Assembly (NCBI GenBank): GCA_024679065.1
Contig: JAGIQG010000019.1
Location: 30,380,001-30,444,000 of the forward strand
Direction: 5' to 3'
Source: Sphyrna mokarran
Lineage: Eukaryota
Length of the DNA stretch: 64,000 nucleotides
A model generated the notes under the pieces. The model made no database searches and was not told the DNA's origin. It saw only the letters and a program-made list of their open reading frames with translations. A program made the translations under genes and the position numbers. Shown in pieces: positions 1-13,980 of this stretch (the stretch's first letter is position 1; every line of letters begins with the position of its first letter).

Positions 1-3000
1 AACCTTGTGCTGACCAGCACTATAATGCTTAGTCCTTCACTTAGAGCTGTATAACTTATAAACGGGTCATTGTATTCATCAAGCCTGCGTCACTGTTTTT
101 CTGCCATGAGGCAATTTTTACACTTCTATACTTACGCACGGTCACTCTGCTCACAGAGTAACAAATTAAATAAAATCTTACTTCACAGAAAAAGCCCAAT
201 AGGTCCGGTTTGCCTGTGCTGCATCATTGAAAGAGCTATCTGTTAGTCTCACTCTCCTGTTTTTTCCACGCAGACAAACAACCTCTTGCATTTATATCAC
301 ACTTGTACAGTAGCAAAATATCCCAAAGGCCATATCCAATTCTGTTTTGATAGTTACCATCAAATCTATTTTCAACGCTTGTTCAGACAGCGCATTACAT
401 GCCACAATTCTTTAATATTTCTCTTCTCAAGCAGCAATGCAAGTGTAGGAAGCCAGCTTTAGAGTGACTAAGATTGTCCATGATCTCAAGGCCATCCCAC
501 ATTCTATTACACAGGTCCTTTAATTTTTAAATCTTCCACAGCTGTCCTAGGATCTGGAATGGTGTTTCAAGTGTCCTGCACTCCTCAAACTTAAACTACG
601 GAGAATATGTCGAGTTAAATATTCCTATCATTTGAATGCCATTGAAGTACAGCCATCCATATTTGGGCAGACTCCTATCCTGCTCCTACAACACTTCCAG
701 AAGGGTATCATACCATGAGGAGGTGGAGTAGTGGCTCCTGAGGATTATTCATTGCCTAACTCCAGTCTAAAATCCTGTTAAGAAATCCAATATTCAGACA
801 GACTGTTGTCCCACAGTCTTATTCCTTACAAAATTGCGAAGTTGTGAGGGAGGAATTAAACTGTATCTGGCCCCTGAAATTCCATACAATGTGTTGATTT
901 GGATTCACAAACTGTGAAGGAAACAGAAGGCTCGTGATTAGGGTGTGCCTCCTCCTCAGTGGAGACTGAAAAGAATGCCGCAATGGTTTCAAGTCAGAAC
1001 TCAAAGGTTATCACCTGCAAATAAGGCTGCATCACGTCTACTTACAAACTGTGAGATCAGTCTCTGAGGATATGCAGCAACTCACAACTCTTATCTGCAG
1101 CCACATCAGGCAAGTTTATTTCCATGCTGTAAATATTAATTCAAGAATATTGCAGTTCCACGGGAATCTGAAGAAAGCCCTGAACTAAAAGTAACTAGAG
1201 ACCAATTGATATCCCCTCCCCTTAGAAGCACAGGCTACTACACTGGTGGCAGTGGGTGACAGATTAGCCAATAGATTCGCTTTCTATCTCCTGGGACATC
1301 TTATTATCATTGGACTCACCCTCCCAGCATTAGATACAAGATCCAATGGAAAGGCAATGGCTGGAGTAGACCTGCCTGAGGCTGCCATATCCCAGCTTAG
1401 TAAAACAAGGCAGGGTCTCTGGCACTTTTCCCTCGCACAGACCAGAGGAGGCAATAGCCTAGTGGTATTATCGTTAGAATAAAAAAAATTGAGGTAAAAT
1501 CAATTTACCCGGGATATGTTTCAGAGATAACATATAATTATACAGAAGACAGTGAGAGTAAACTATAAAATCAGACAACAAGTCCATTTAAGGGAGTGTC
1601 TCATACCCACAAACCTAAAAAGATAACTTCAGTGGACCTGAATTTGTAACGATCATTCATTACTTGGTAAATATACTTCAAAAATATTCGAAGCACAGAA
1701 CTGTATGTAAAAAAAAACTTCAGACTTATTCAATAGAGATGGATAATATTGTATACAGTTGTAAAGCATCAGTCAGGTTGAGCAGTTCAAAAACATTATA
1801 AACCATACTAGCTAAAGCCCAAACAACTGAGCTAGATTGTTGCTGAAAATTATTGTCTGTATATTACCTCTACTAAGTTCAGCTTTCATACAATCCTTTG
1901 TGTGCATTTTCTATTCCCCAACACGAACTTACTTCTCATTTCCTCTCTGTATCATCAAAAGTGACTCTTACATTTGTGTTCATCAAGGTGAAAGACGCCA
2001 GCCATTGTCTCACACAGTGTAAGGTACAGAGTAAGATATATACAGAGTATAGCTTCTATTGCTCTACCCTGGCACCACATTCTCATTCCAACACCATATC
2101 CCACAGAATCATACACTTCAGAGCTTGAAAAGCATAAGTAATAGACAAAAGAGAATGGAGACATTCATTCCAATAGTCTACTGGATTCATATCCATGGAC
2201 TGGCCAAACTGGAAAATTTCATGCATATATTCCATTGTTGGATTTGGTTACCAATGTTCTGAATATATTTCTAACTTGGTTTCTGAGACTAAATCCAAAG
2301 AATTCCAACGAAAACTATTTCCCATTATATGGAATAATATAAATACACTGCAGGTTGTACATGAGAAATGTAAATATCACACAAACAGCAAAGGGGGTTA
2401 TTTCTTTTCCCACCGTTGTATTCCAACCACACAGTATGCCCCTAGGTTTGAAGAATGCAGTTTGTTAAACTTGTCATTGCCTCTAACAAAGATGAAGCGA
2501 GACTTGCTCCCAGAAAAGCATCAATTAAAAGTCTGTCTTTTATTCATTCTCAAAACCACTCAGTCATTCAATCTTCATAAAGTTTTCAGGAACTGAAAAC
2601 ATTAAGCTCCAGGGCAGCTGCTGCTCTGAGCTCCTCTGAGTTTTGCTGCCTTGTTGTTCATCTAAGGGAATAAGCTTGGTAAATGTAAAACTAATCTGAA
2701 TATCATTTTTAAAACAGATATAAAACTGTCATGATCCAGTGAGGCAATTAAACTGAGTAGACTTACTGAATGGAAAATTGTATGTGAAATATTAGTATTT
2801 AACCTTATAACTGCATGAACCTATACTTGTCCATCTTATAACCCTTGTCCATCAATAACCCTTATTGGGTTATTTTGTGCACAACATTTAGACAGCAATT
2901 CTCATATACAAATCTTCCTTGAAGAAGAGTACAAATAGGAGGCTAATCCATTATTAGCCAGTTAATACTACCGGCAAAAGTTAAATTTTCCCCAATTTTA

Positions 3001-3269
3001 CTAATAAGCAAAAGGTTAAAAGGTTAAAACACCTTGAGCAAAAATTGGTAATGTAACCATACATCAATTTCTTGTAAAAATTGCAACCATAATTTGATTT
3101 TTAATTACTGAGTATGGGTAGAAATATATCATTTTGTGACTAACTGACAATCTTTTCCCGCCTTCCTTACACCTTAACACCCTGACTTCCGTTAGGCCAG
3201 CCCCCCCACTTCGCATTCAACCACCACCACCACACTACTACCACCATCCCCCCTCAAGTTAAACTTTGA

Positions 3270-4885
3270 ACCTTTGTTGCAGTGACTACATGAATTCTGC
3301 AGCACTGCATTGTCCAGATAAACATTAGCATGTGGCACTTGGGGAGCAGAGGGGGAGAGAAAGGCCCCTGCAATCCCCAACCCAGGTGCAGTACTGATTC
3401 AACTCAGTAACACAGGAGGATCTATGGGTCCAATGCAGTTCATGAAGCCAGTTCGGCATGCAGATGGAGGCAGCAACTGGTCTGCCTGCCAGAGTACTGA
3501 ACAACGAACATAAGAAATAGGAACAGGAGTAGGCCATCTAGCCCCTCTAGCCTGCTCCGTCCTTCAATAAGATCATGGCTGATCTGATAGCGGGTTCAGT
3601 TCCACTTAATTCCCTTACTGGTTCAAAATCTATCTATCTGTGACTTAAACACATTTAAATGAGGTAGCCTCTACTGCTTCATTGGGCAGAGAATTCCAAA
3701 GATTCACTACCCTCTGGGAGAAGAAGTTCCTCCACAACTCTGCTCTAAATTGACTCCCCGTATTTTGAGGTTATACTCCCTAGTTCTTGTTTCCATTGAA
3801 AATGGGAATAATCTCGCTGCTTCTATCCTGTCTAGCCTCTTCATTATCTTATATGTCTCTATAAGATCTTCCCTCAAGCTTCTAAACTCCGATGAGTACA
3901 GCCCAGTCTACTCAATCTCTCCTCATAAGCTAAGGAATCAACCCCTTCCAAAGCTAATATATCCTTTCATAAATAAAGGGACCAAAATTGTATACAATAC
4001 TCTAAGTGCGACCTCACCAGTACCTTGTACAGTTGCAGCAAGATCTTTCTGCTTTTATACTCCATCCCTCTCGCGATAAAGGCTAACATTCTATTTGCCT
4101 TCTTGATCGCTTGCTGCACCTGCAAACTGAGTTTTTGAGATTCATGCACAAGGACCCCAGGACCCTCTGCACAGTAGCATTTGTAATTTTTCATCATTTA
4201 AATAATAGTCCATTTTCCTATTCTTCCTTCTAAAGTGGATAACCTCACACTTACCAACGTTATACTCCATCTGCCAGATCTTTGCCCACTCAATTACCTT
4301 ATCCAAATCTCTGCAAACTTTCTATATCCTCCATGCAATTTGCTTTCCCACTCATCTTTGTGTCATCTGCAAACTTTGTTATCCTACACTCGGTCCCCTA
4401 CTCCAGATCGTCTATGTATATGGTAAAAAGTTGAGGTCCCAGCATTGATCTCTGCGGCACACCACTAGTAACTGATTGCCAACTCGAAAAGCATCGATTT
4501 ATATGCATTAGGAGAGTGCAGTATAATGGCAAAATGGCTTTGTTGCACTCACCTTGAAGTCACTTGCAAATCGAAGACTTCCTTGTGCATGACCCTCTTT
4601 ATCAATTAGGTTTCAGACTGACATAATTCCAGGCTGGTAAGAGATGAGACTGAAAGGCCTGACAGGATGCATGTGGGCTGCTATTTTAATGAGCATTCAT
4701 GAAATGCAAATGAAGGCAAATGGAGTTCGCATCACCAGCCAGTGGGAAGAATGACCCACCCTAACTCCACACTGGCAGAACTGTGATTTTACACTGACGG
4801 GTTTCTGACTTTTTGGTACCTGCTAGATTCTCCACTTCTACTTGCCACCAAACTCACCGCAGGATGACTGGGAGAATTCCATTCT
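3270..4885. mobile_element. Partial second copy of that TIR element, split by the CR1 at 3500-4500
   Basis: Shared blocks ggatc(t/c)atgg.tccaatgc, gaggcag.aactggtctgcc, gagcattcatga, aggcaaatgg, tgacccacc, gggagaattcca. Confidence 0.65.
3500..4500 (-). mobile_element. Degenerate CR1 3' fragment
   Basis: ORF 3967-4197 (KKANRMLAFIARGMEYKS...LVRSHLEYCIQFWS); tail GGCCTACTCCTGTTCCTATTTCTTATGTTC. Confidence 0.9.
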
Positions 4886-5989
4886 CTGTCTCTCTCATGA
4901 AGAATTCCAGTCTTCACCTTCGAAGATCTCACCTTGGAATTCTCTCCAAAAATTGCTGCACTTCGGACTGCTCAATGACTGCTCATTGCGCAGGCTTTTA
5001 ATCTTGACATCTGAGCCTCCATTCCTCTGGATTCCCGAATTTGCACTGAAGCACCAATTCACAAGCACAAATTCAGCTCTTTGCCAAGCTGAGCAGAATA
5101 CCACTACTCCAAAGGGTTACTTTTGCCCTAGTAGCCCACAGCTTGGAGTTACCAAACTTCTACTGCCTTCTTCAACTGCCAGGACTTCTCCTGAGCCCTC
5201 TGTGATCACCAATGATTCTGCTAAGCCCTCATCACTTAAAGTCTCCTTCTGCACTGTAGGAATTCTGTGTTTGCAATCCTCAGTTCTGCTTGGAGCCACT
5301 TACTCTATTTTTTTGCCTAAACCTGGAGCTCTCCCTGTCCCCTCCCTTTTCGGATTATGTGCAATGCTCCTGGGCTATATGGCCCCATTTCCACCCAGTT
5401 TTCTCTTTGCACAGCTGAACTGGGCTTGTCCTCAGCCCAGAGAACCACAATCACTGGATTGTGCATGCACTGCCTGTGCCAGATTCAGCAAAACTTCCGA
5501 GGTACGCTGGGAGTTTTAGTTCTCAGCTCCCAATGGCAATGAAATAAGTTTCAATCATGTAATAAAAACATTTCTCAATTTTTTCAGACCCCTGATATAA
5601 AACTAGGTTGGATTCTAACAGGCTGCAGACAGCAGCTGAAAAACGTGATCAGTTTACAATATTATAGAGTCACAATTATAATTGGTTTACAATATTGTAG
5701 AGTCAGTGTTTTCATACTCACACACAGTGACCCATGTCACAAATGCCATGGCCAGAACACATCCAGGGGCATGCTGAAGCAAGGATCACATTATCAATGG
5801 CCCAGTTACCAGTCCCATAAGAGTATTCTGCTTGAATCCATCTGAAACGGGTCCTTGGGGAACTGATTATAAAATACAAGAGTAAATAAATATCAAATGG
5901 ATAGGTACAGAGTTAAAATAACATTATCAGCATGCGGTAGTTTTAAAATTGACAATTTAAAATTAGCAACAAAACCCAAATCCAGTCTT

Positions 5990-6365
5990 GATGGTATAAT
6001 AGCATTGTCACTGGGCAAGTAATTCAAAGACCCAGGAAAATACTCTGGGGACCTGGGTTTGAATTCCACCATGACAAATGGTGGAAGCTGAATTCAATAT
6101 AAATCCGGAATCAAATGTCAACTGATGACTATGAAACCATTGTTGATTGTCCTAAAAATTCATTCTGTTCACTGATGATCTTTAGGGAAGGAAATCTACT
6201 GTCCTTATCTGGTTTGGCTTATACATAACTCCAGACCTACAAATGTAGTAGGCCCTTGTATGTTCATGACCCTAGCAAGCCTTTCAGAACAAAAGAATTA
6301 GGGATGGACAGTAAATGCCAGCCTAGTTAGCGACACCCACATCCTGTAAGTGAATAAAAAAAAAA
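5990..6365 (+). mobile_element. tRNA-derived SINE of a second family, A-tailed
   Basis: B box gggtttgaattccacc; body tttagggaaggaaatct; tail gggatggacagtaaatgccagcc...cccacatcc...gaataaaaaaaa; partial 5' copy at ~7060-7140. Confidence 0.75.
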
Positions 6366-6504
6366 ACAAGTACTGTTCTGGCAGAATCATTTTCTTGCAC
6401 AAAATTGATTAAGGCAACCATAATCAATGATTATGATTGAGAGGAGAGGAGTGAAGGCCAACACCAGTTGTAAACAAAATGCATTGCTTAACGTTATATC
6501 GTAA

Positions 6505-6660
6505 AAAATCTCACAACACCAGGTTAAAGTCCAACAGGTTTATTTGGTAGCAAAAGCCACTAGCTTTTGCTACCAAATAAACCTGTTGAACTTTAACCTG
6601 ATATTGTGAGACTTCTTATTGTGTTTACCCCAGTCCAACGCCGGCATCTCCACATCATAG
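6505..6660. repeat. Near-perfect palindrome from Penelope pseudo-LTR ends
   Basis: tctcacaacaccaggttaaagtccaacaggtttatttggtagcaaaagc-cacta-gcttttgctaccaaataaacctgttgaactttaacctgatattgtgaga; same family as 26418. Confidence 0.85.
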
Positions 6661-7624
6661 TGTAACTGATACATCTACTGGGGAATTTGAGACAAGTTCA
6701 TCTGTACAGTTCTCACCTGTCATCAACCATACTTTTCAAATGCATAAATTCTTAGCTCCAAGAGATATAATTATGGAAGTTAGTACTCTTGCCTTGGGCA
6801 GTGATTTAAACAAGGATCTGACTGTTTGGATTCTATGATCCACACCATCAGAGGATCTAATCCTCAAGCACTCAAAAATTATATATACTTTGTTTAACAA
6901 TTTAAAGATGCATTTATCCTTCACTCCACAATCTTTTCATGTACAACATTATTCCCTTGTTTCCAGTGTACATTTGTTTGACTTCAGTGAATACAAGTTA
7001 ACTAGATTGAAGGCTCCATTAGAATCCAAATCCAATGCCCAAAATACTTCTGAATGGTCTCTGAATTCAGTGACCGAGAATAATTCTCCAGGAACCCAGG
7101 TTTGAATCTCACCATGACAAATGGTGGAATTTGAATTTGGGATAAGTTTCTCCAAAAAGCTCTCATCTATTATCTGCAATACTTGTTCAAATGCATAAAT
7201 TTGTCCAGTTACCATCCTTATTTTCCACCCTGCATTTCACAACTTCTTGCGTATATTCTACCTTTGTACAATTAGTGACATTTTCATAATAACATTGATG
7301 TATTTGTATGAAATTACCCTGGGGCAATAGCTTTTGCAGGTTACAACTCCTGGTCAGAATTGGGGATTAGCAGGTCATGCTGCTGATGTGGGAAATAGTT
7401 TCAGATTTTTCAAACATTCCTTTGCTATCAGATGCCACCCAGAAGAAGGCGGCAACTCAGAATTTCTGAAAAAACAAATTGCTCGTTCACAATTTTGAAC
7501 TGCCTTGATGTTTTTTTTTTTAACTATTTGGTCTTCCAATATTTCTCCCGATACCCCCGTGAAGCTGGTAACTCTTGCTGTGTCCAGTTTTATGGGTGTC
7601 CATTCTTTAGGAGTGAGGTGCTAA

Positions 7625-7835
7625 GAAATAGAATCATATAATCCCTTCAGTGCAAAAAGAGGCCATCAGCCCATTAAGTCTGCACCAATCCTTTGACAGA
7701 ACATTTTATCAGGCCCATCCCATCCCCATAACTCCATGCACTTACCCCACTAATTCCCATAACCTATGCATCTTGGGATATTAGGGACCAATTTTGCATG
7801 ATTAATCCAACTAACCTTCATACTTTTGGACTTTA
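7625..7835 (-). mobile_element. HE1-like SINE, 3' half
   Basis: agaatcat...aggccatcagccc...aatccaactaacc...tttggact. Confidence 0.7.
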
Positions 7836-7859
7836 GAAATAGTTTAATTGATCTATATT

Positions 7860-9030
7860 TGTAGGGGTGTTGAAATAAATGTGCAAGTTTAAATTTAAAT
7901 TTTGTGTTTCAGCATTTGAGCACTAAGAAAGGATTAACACTTCAATTTAATTTCATATTAAACAATGGTGCCAACAAGTTTAGTCTCATGTTTGCATTCT
8001 ATTGAAGATTTTATGATTAAAAAGCAATGATAGTGTTTTTTTAAAAAAACTAAGCTGTTGCTTCACAACCAGAGACCCATACTGGGAAAGCAGAAGCAGC
8101 TAGAATCAGTTTGAATAAAGTGGCCCAGAGGCAAGAAGCATTCTACAGAAACTGCCCGTACAGACAGGAAAATACATAGGCACAAAAACAAGTCCCAGAA
8201 ACTGAGGAAGAAAGTTCCAGAAACCAGACAGTTGGGTCAAAGGAATAAAAATAGGAAGCTGGACAAGATAATGTTTGGTGAAGTTTAAGCAAAGAGTAGA
8301 ACAAGGTTTTGAATTAAAGTGACAACTGCACGTGACATATTTGAAATTGGTTAACAAGAAGCCAAGCATCTGCGATGATCTTAAAATTGGTGACTTTATT
8401 TCAGCTTGTGAAGCAGCAGTTCTGTTAGCATGACTGGATACCTAGAGATTGTTTGGCAGCTTGAAAGCACAGCTGAACCAGGGAAGCGGAATACTGAAAG
8501 GAGTGGTTGAAATTCTGGATGTGGATCCTTGGTGAAGCATCCAAGAAAATGTATTGTTTGAGAGAAGCTCCTAAGTGTGTTCTACGAGAATGGAGTTTAG
8601 AAGTCCCTATGTCAAAGTCAAAGTTGCAGTGAGACCAGTTAGCTCACAGTGTGACAAGCAACTGGGGGGATTTGGTGAAAAATCCACAGAAGATGTATTG
8701 GGTGGTATCTCTCAGTTTCAGAGAGGGGCTGAGCGCATTTCATCTATTGGTTTACATGTACTTCCTGAGAACATTAAAATATAAGATAGATTTTGTAACT
8801 TGTGGTATTCTTATAAATCTTGTATACATTAAGTGTAGCTGAAGTGAAGGAATAGTGTATTAATCTTTTCTTGTTTAATAAGCATTTTATTCTTCTGTTA
8901 TAAGTTAAGTGGCAGTTATGTGTCTTTATTCATCCATGTCTCTAAACAAAAAGTAAAAGTTTGGATCTATCGAGCTGTGTTCCACTTTGGGACTTCATGT
9001 CCAGTAGTGACATCAGCTGGGAATGTAACA
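7860..9030 (+). mobile_element. Solo-LTR-like element
   Basis: TGTAG...TAACA ends; ~8500-9030 is homologous, inverted, to ~45925-46730. Confidence 0.65.
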
Positions 9031-9439
9031 GAGATTAGCCATTCTTCTGCTGTTCACTATTTCTAGTGAAATTGTAAATGCATTGGAAAATGGATTTACA
9101 ATTTTGCTGTAAAAACAGAAGGTATTTCTGTTGAGTTTCCACGACCAGTTTAATTGTAATGGTATCACATTTCAGCCTGATTCCTTTCTTAACAGATATC
9201 CAATTTCTCTTTTTCTCTACCCAAGGAATACTAATGTCAATTATAGAGCAGGTAATGGAAAATCAACTAACTCAATATACTCCAGGGATCAAACGTAAGA
9301 TCTTCCTGTGTTCCACAGTTTCTATATCCACTGAGCAACATTAAACATTGCTTCCTGAAATAAAAATGTCCTCTTAAACATCTTAAACACACTTTGGGTT
9401 ATACTGTAAGATTTGTCTTCCAATGGTAAAAGTAAATGT

Positions 9440-11100
9440 ATTCAGGAATTGTCCCACAGAATTGAAGATTGCCAACGCCATTTCATTAGTTAAGGCTAGG
9501 AGAGATAAACTAGGAAATTATAGACCATTAGTTTAACATCTCTTGAAGAAGTTACAAGAATCCATTATTAGGGATGGAGGGGTAGTTTCTCCGTCCCATT
9601 TTCGGCAGGCAGGAATGGCTGCACGTGCAGAGAATCAAGAGGGAGTCCCACACTTTTCACACAGGTGGGATTTCCCTAGTCAATTGACCCTGTCCCCTAC
9701 CAATGATGTAATGAAGTTCCAGCCATGAATGGTCAGGAACCCCACTACCATAATTTAAATATCATTAGTGGGCTGCCCCGCTGTATCATTCCCCAGTGTA
9801 AGGATTTCCCATCCCCCACTGACATTTGTCACATTGGTGGAGTTTACAATAGGTCTGGATCAATAAGGACTTGGGAAATGGTTCCCGCTGTGGATGCACA
9901 GCCTTCAGGGAGGAGACGGTCATGTCTGGGCATTACCTTCACACTGCTGGGGGTTAGCGCCAAGAGGGCTTCCAATATTCGGTTTGGGGGTTCTCTGGAG
10001 ATGGGGGACTCCATGTGGATGAGGAGTGTGTGACCATGGAGAGAAGGGAATGTGCATGGCAGGATCTTTTTTCTATTTTTATCTTTTTCAGAACAGGGTG
10101 TCTTTTAAAATTGCACCCCTATCTGTCAGGGACTAAGATTGGCTGCGAGGCAGCTTTATTCAAAGCTCATTCTGCCAGCATTACATCAGGGTCCCACCAC
10201 TTCCATTGTTTATTCCAAAGTGCTTGAAAATTTGGTGAGAAAAGCTGGCAGGGAAGCTGGTGGACTGTTCTCCTTGTTACCCATCTGAGACAACACTAAA
10301 AAAAATAAAATTCCTCTCAGAGGGACTGAACATTTGGACAAATATTATCTAACCCAAGAAAGATAGCATGGATTTATTTAGGATAAGTCATGCCAAATAC
10401 AACAATTAAGGATTTTTCAGCAAGTGAGTAATTTGGTAGATAAGGCAATGTTATCTCTTTGGATTTCCAGAAGACAGTGACAAGCGAGATGTGAAAATAT
10501 TAGAGATGGCTAACAAAAATGAGGACACACAGAATTAGAGACAACCTACTGACATGATTAGGAAACTAGTAAGGATATTGTGGACATTCAGGACAGTGGC
10601 TATGTACTCCAATTGGTAGAATGAGAGTTCTGGAGTTTTGTGTTCAGTTGTGGGTGCTGCACCTCAGAAAATAAATACTTGCCTTGGAGTGGATGCAGCG
10701 TTAGTTCACTGGAATGATACCCAGGCTAAAAGGGATAAATAAATGAAAGGGGAAAATTATAGACGATGTTGACATCGGCTTTAATATAGAATATTATTAG
10801 GTGAACTTAAGATGAATGAATGACAGGATGGACCGAAGCTTTTTCCTCAGATGAAGAGAGTCCAAAACAGGGAGGCTAGAGCAGGGATAATCAGGGGTCA
10901 TATCAGAAGACATTTCTTCACATGAAGGAAAATGGAAATTTGGAACTTTCTGCCACAAAATACCATTAAGGCTTGGGGCCAATTGAAAATTTCAAAACTG
11001 AGATAGATAGATGTTTGTTAGGCAATAATATTAAGATTTCTGAAATTAGGTCAGGTATTTAAAGTTAACATAAATATACCATGGTCCAAATGGCTTGCAG
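9440..11100 (+). mobile_element. Highly decayed CR1 RT/3' region, interrupted by a ~750-bp insert
   Basis: ggaaattatagacca (GNYRP) near 9510; gcatggattt near 10370; ggatttccagaag near 10460; gttcagttgtggg and ttcactggaatgataccc further on. Confidence 0.65.
9575..10320. mobile_element. Putative non-autonomous DNA-transposon-like insert
   Basis: GC-richer block that splits the CR1 relic; AGGGA at 9570-9574 and 10321-10325; weak terminal inverted similarity. Confidence 0.45.
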
Positions 11101-11135
11101 GTCTTAAGAAGCTGGACTTTTTCCGAAAAACTTAC

Positions 11136-11409
11136 ATGGTTCCTGGAGATAGGTAGACAGTGACACGCTTCCAACTCTGGAACCTCTGCGAGGTGTACAC
11201 TGAGCTTTCTGTGTAGTGCAGACAGCCAATGCTGGGAGGAACACATTCTTCTGTTACTAGGTGCCAGTCTTTGCCTGTGTTGAGGGAGTACTGCAGATGG
11301 ATGTCATAGGAGTCTGGAGACTGACTGCCACAACCTAGATTGAGCTCAAACTGCAAGAATGTAGAGGCAGTAACATGGAAATCCCAAGTTTCTGCAAACC
11401 GGGGCTTGC
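11136..11409 (-). CDS. RELN: Reelin coding exon (~34), 274 nt
   Basis: ttttcag|GC AAG CCC ... ACC AT|gtaag; [90 protein letters not shown]. Confidence 0.97.
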
Positions 11410-11666
11410 CTGAAAAAACACGAGAAACAGAAGCATTGGAGATGAAAGACAGTTTGCGAGGATCTATGATTTGAACATTATTATTTTAATGCATCAGGGG
11501 CAAACATTCAGCCTTCAGGCTAATATTATTGATTTTCATATAAATTTTACATTGATTCAGTGGTGCCTTTGTAAGTAATCCTTTGAAATGCAATTGGTTA
11601 CTCTGCTCTGTAAAGTTCTGAACTGTGCCAAGTAATTCATGTTTGAATTTTTGTTTGAAAACTTAC

Positions 11667-11855
11667 CTATATTAGCATTAAAAACCAATGCTGTATCCTT
11701 TGAGAGGCAATACATTTCTACCTTGCCCCCCTGAATACGATACCAGTTGGTTTGCAAGTCAGATGCATCATCAAACGTATCCTGAAAATCGGTATGGGAG
11801 CTATCATTCATTCCAATCAAGACATCATCTAAAGCCCACTGTGCACTGAGCTTTC
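11667..11855 (-). CDS. RELN: Reelin coding exon (~33), 189 nt
   Basis: tttttag|GA AAG CTC ... ATA G|gtaagt; [62 protein letters not shown](G). Confidence 0.97.
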
Positions 11856-13715
11856 CTAAAAAGAAACAAAATTCAAAGTTAGAGCACATTTTAGGACTCA
11901 AAATATATTAAATTACATCCTGGCAATCTGATAACAAATGAATCAAATTAAAACAAAACACATTTTGAAGGCCGTAAGATTTATGTTTCCTTCACCCTAG
12001 CAATGATATGCAAAAAGATTAAAGGCTAAAAATTATTCAGCAGAAGTTTAAACAGAAACAATCTCCTGTTGCCTATGCCAACTTTTTGTTCCAGTAAATT
12101 CAAAACTTATCCCACTGTTACACTCGGATCTTTCACTGCTTTTAATGTTAAATCAACTCTTCCCTCAAGAGTTTTTGCTTCAAATCTTCCTTTAGCAAAG
12201 CATTTCACGCCCAAAAGAAATTTCCTTTCTCTTTCCAGCTAACTAAAATTGTTAAAATAATGATTCACTCATCACTAATCTTACAGTATCAAATTTCTCC
12301 TGGCTATTGTAAAAGAAGCGTTGATCAATTTTAAGGAACAGAAAGAGAAACTCAATGAGATTCATTGTCCGTACATTAATCCGTGCAACACTAATTGCTG
12401 ATTTTTGTATTCATTCCATTGGTTTGTAATAACACAATTACTTTCCACATTGCCACACAAAATGGTTAACTGCAGAATAATAGGTACAAGGTAATAATTC
12501 AACTGAGTTCAAATAGGCTCTCATGGCAAACCTTGATTAGTTCAATTCCAAGTATAAAAAAGAATCTTACCACTTTCTGTTACTATATAAAGTAACAAGT
12601 ACCGTTTCATTTTAAGTGACGTGGAAGAGGGGGGAATCAGCACAGATACTGATTTTCAGCAAGTTGCATGATTTTGGGTATAATAGTGTTCACTGAAGGA
12701 TTAACAATTTCTATATTCTTACTTCAAACTCATTGAAAAAAATCACCAAGAAATTCCATGGCCAATATGCAGAAGAAAATGTCATATCTCAATAATTCTC
12801 TGCAAATTAAATTTCAATAAATTTGCAGTGTTTACATTATTAATCTAATATTTCAGTCAAGTCATTATCAAGCAGAAGAGGATGAAATGTCACAGATGCC
12901 GATGTCATTTGTGATACTCGACATTAAAATATGAACATTTAACATGGTGACAGATCAGACTTGACAGGGGTCAGTATTGAGATCTTTTAGGATTTCCTTT
13001 TTTAATGGTCTAATTACAATTATCAAAAGTGGACGGGCAATTTTCCACCACGTTCTAAAAACCGTACTCCTACTCTCTCATTATAGGACCAAGAGGAATC
13101 AATTCCTTCTTTGCAACAACTTTATTACCGAATTGAATGCAGTTTTGCACAACAAAACCAATTTCTCTTCAAATAGTGGATATTACACAGGGGTGTACAT
13201 ATTAAAACTATTAACAGCTTACATTAAAAATAACAAACAATATCCAAAATTGCAAACAGTGGAAGTAAAATTTAAGTACAAAATAAACACAATAAAATTG
13301 TTCTATAATTGATAAATTTCAATTGATAAGAATGACTTCTGATTTGGTTCAAATATTGTTGTCAAGAGTTCTTTTAATATCTGCTATCAACTTTAGTGAA
13401 TCAGAATAAGGATTCAAAGACTTTGGGAGAGAAATTTAACAATGCTTCATCAATGTTTTGGGCAAAAGCTTTGAACACTATTGTAATATAATGGCTTAAT
13501 AAACAGCAGTCATGTGCAAGAGACTCTGGAGCAGATGGAATAGTCCACTAACTTCTAGCTTTGCTTTCCACCTATCAGTGGCTGGTGTCACATCTGGGAG
13601 GATTTGTTCAGGTCTTAATTAATGAAATGCAGCAGAATGTCCTTTGGGTGCCTGGAGATCACCTCTTAAATGCATATGGGATCTGACCCTTCTGCAACCA
13701 GAGACACTCCACTTT

Positions 13716-13980
13716 TGTTGTGTGATGTTATCTGTGCCCACATGACACGTAATGTAAAGATGCCTGGCAGAGCAAGGGTTAACTTGGAATGATGTATAGA
13801 GTCACATGTAATAACTGAGAGAACTCTCTATATGCAGCCAGCATGGAGACAGCAGCTCCTTTTATCCCACAGTAAAGGGGATCTATAAATAGTTAAAGAT
13901 TAAGAATAAATGGTTCATGTTTAAACATTTAAGTCTCAAGATCACATCACTGAGACATCAAACGAACCCATAACGCAACA
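13716..13980 (+). mobile_element. Short solo-LTR-like element
   Basis: TGTTGTG ... CGCAACA inverted termini; internal TATA-like stretch and AATAAA at ~13905. Confidence 0.5.

Noticed and set aside
4842-5519. 225-aa plus-strand ORF
   Set aside because: Non-ATG start inside a TIR-element end, S/P/L-rich with no recognisable domain, antisense within a RELN intron; probably repeat-derived.
1-11135. Next RELN exon (expected ..PRTRFRW...SGCPWMC)
   Set aside because: Not found by eye; cttac at ~131 and ~177 are not preceded by reelin-like codons. It probably lies left of the window.
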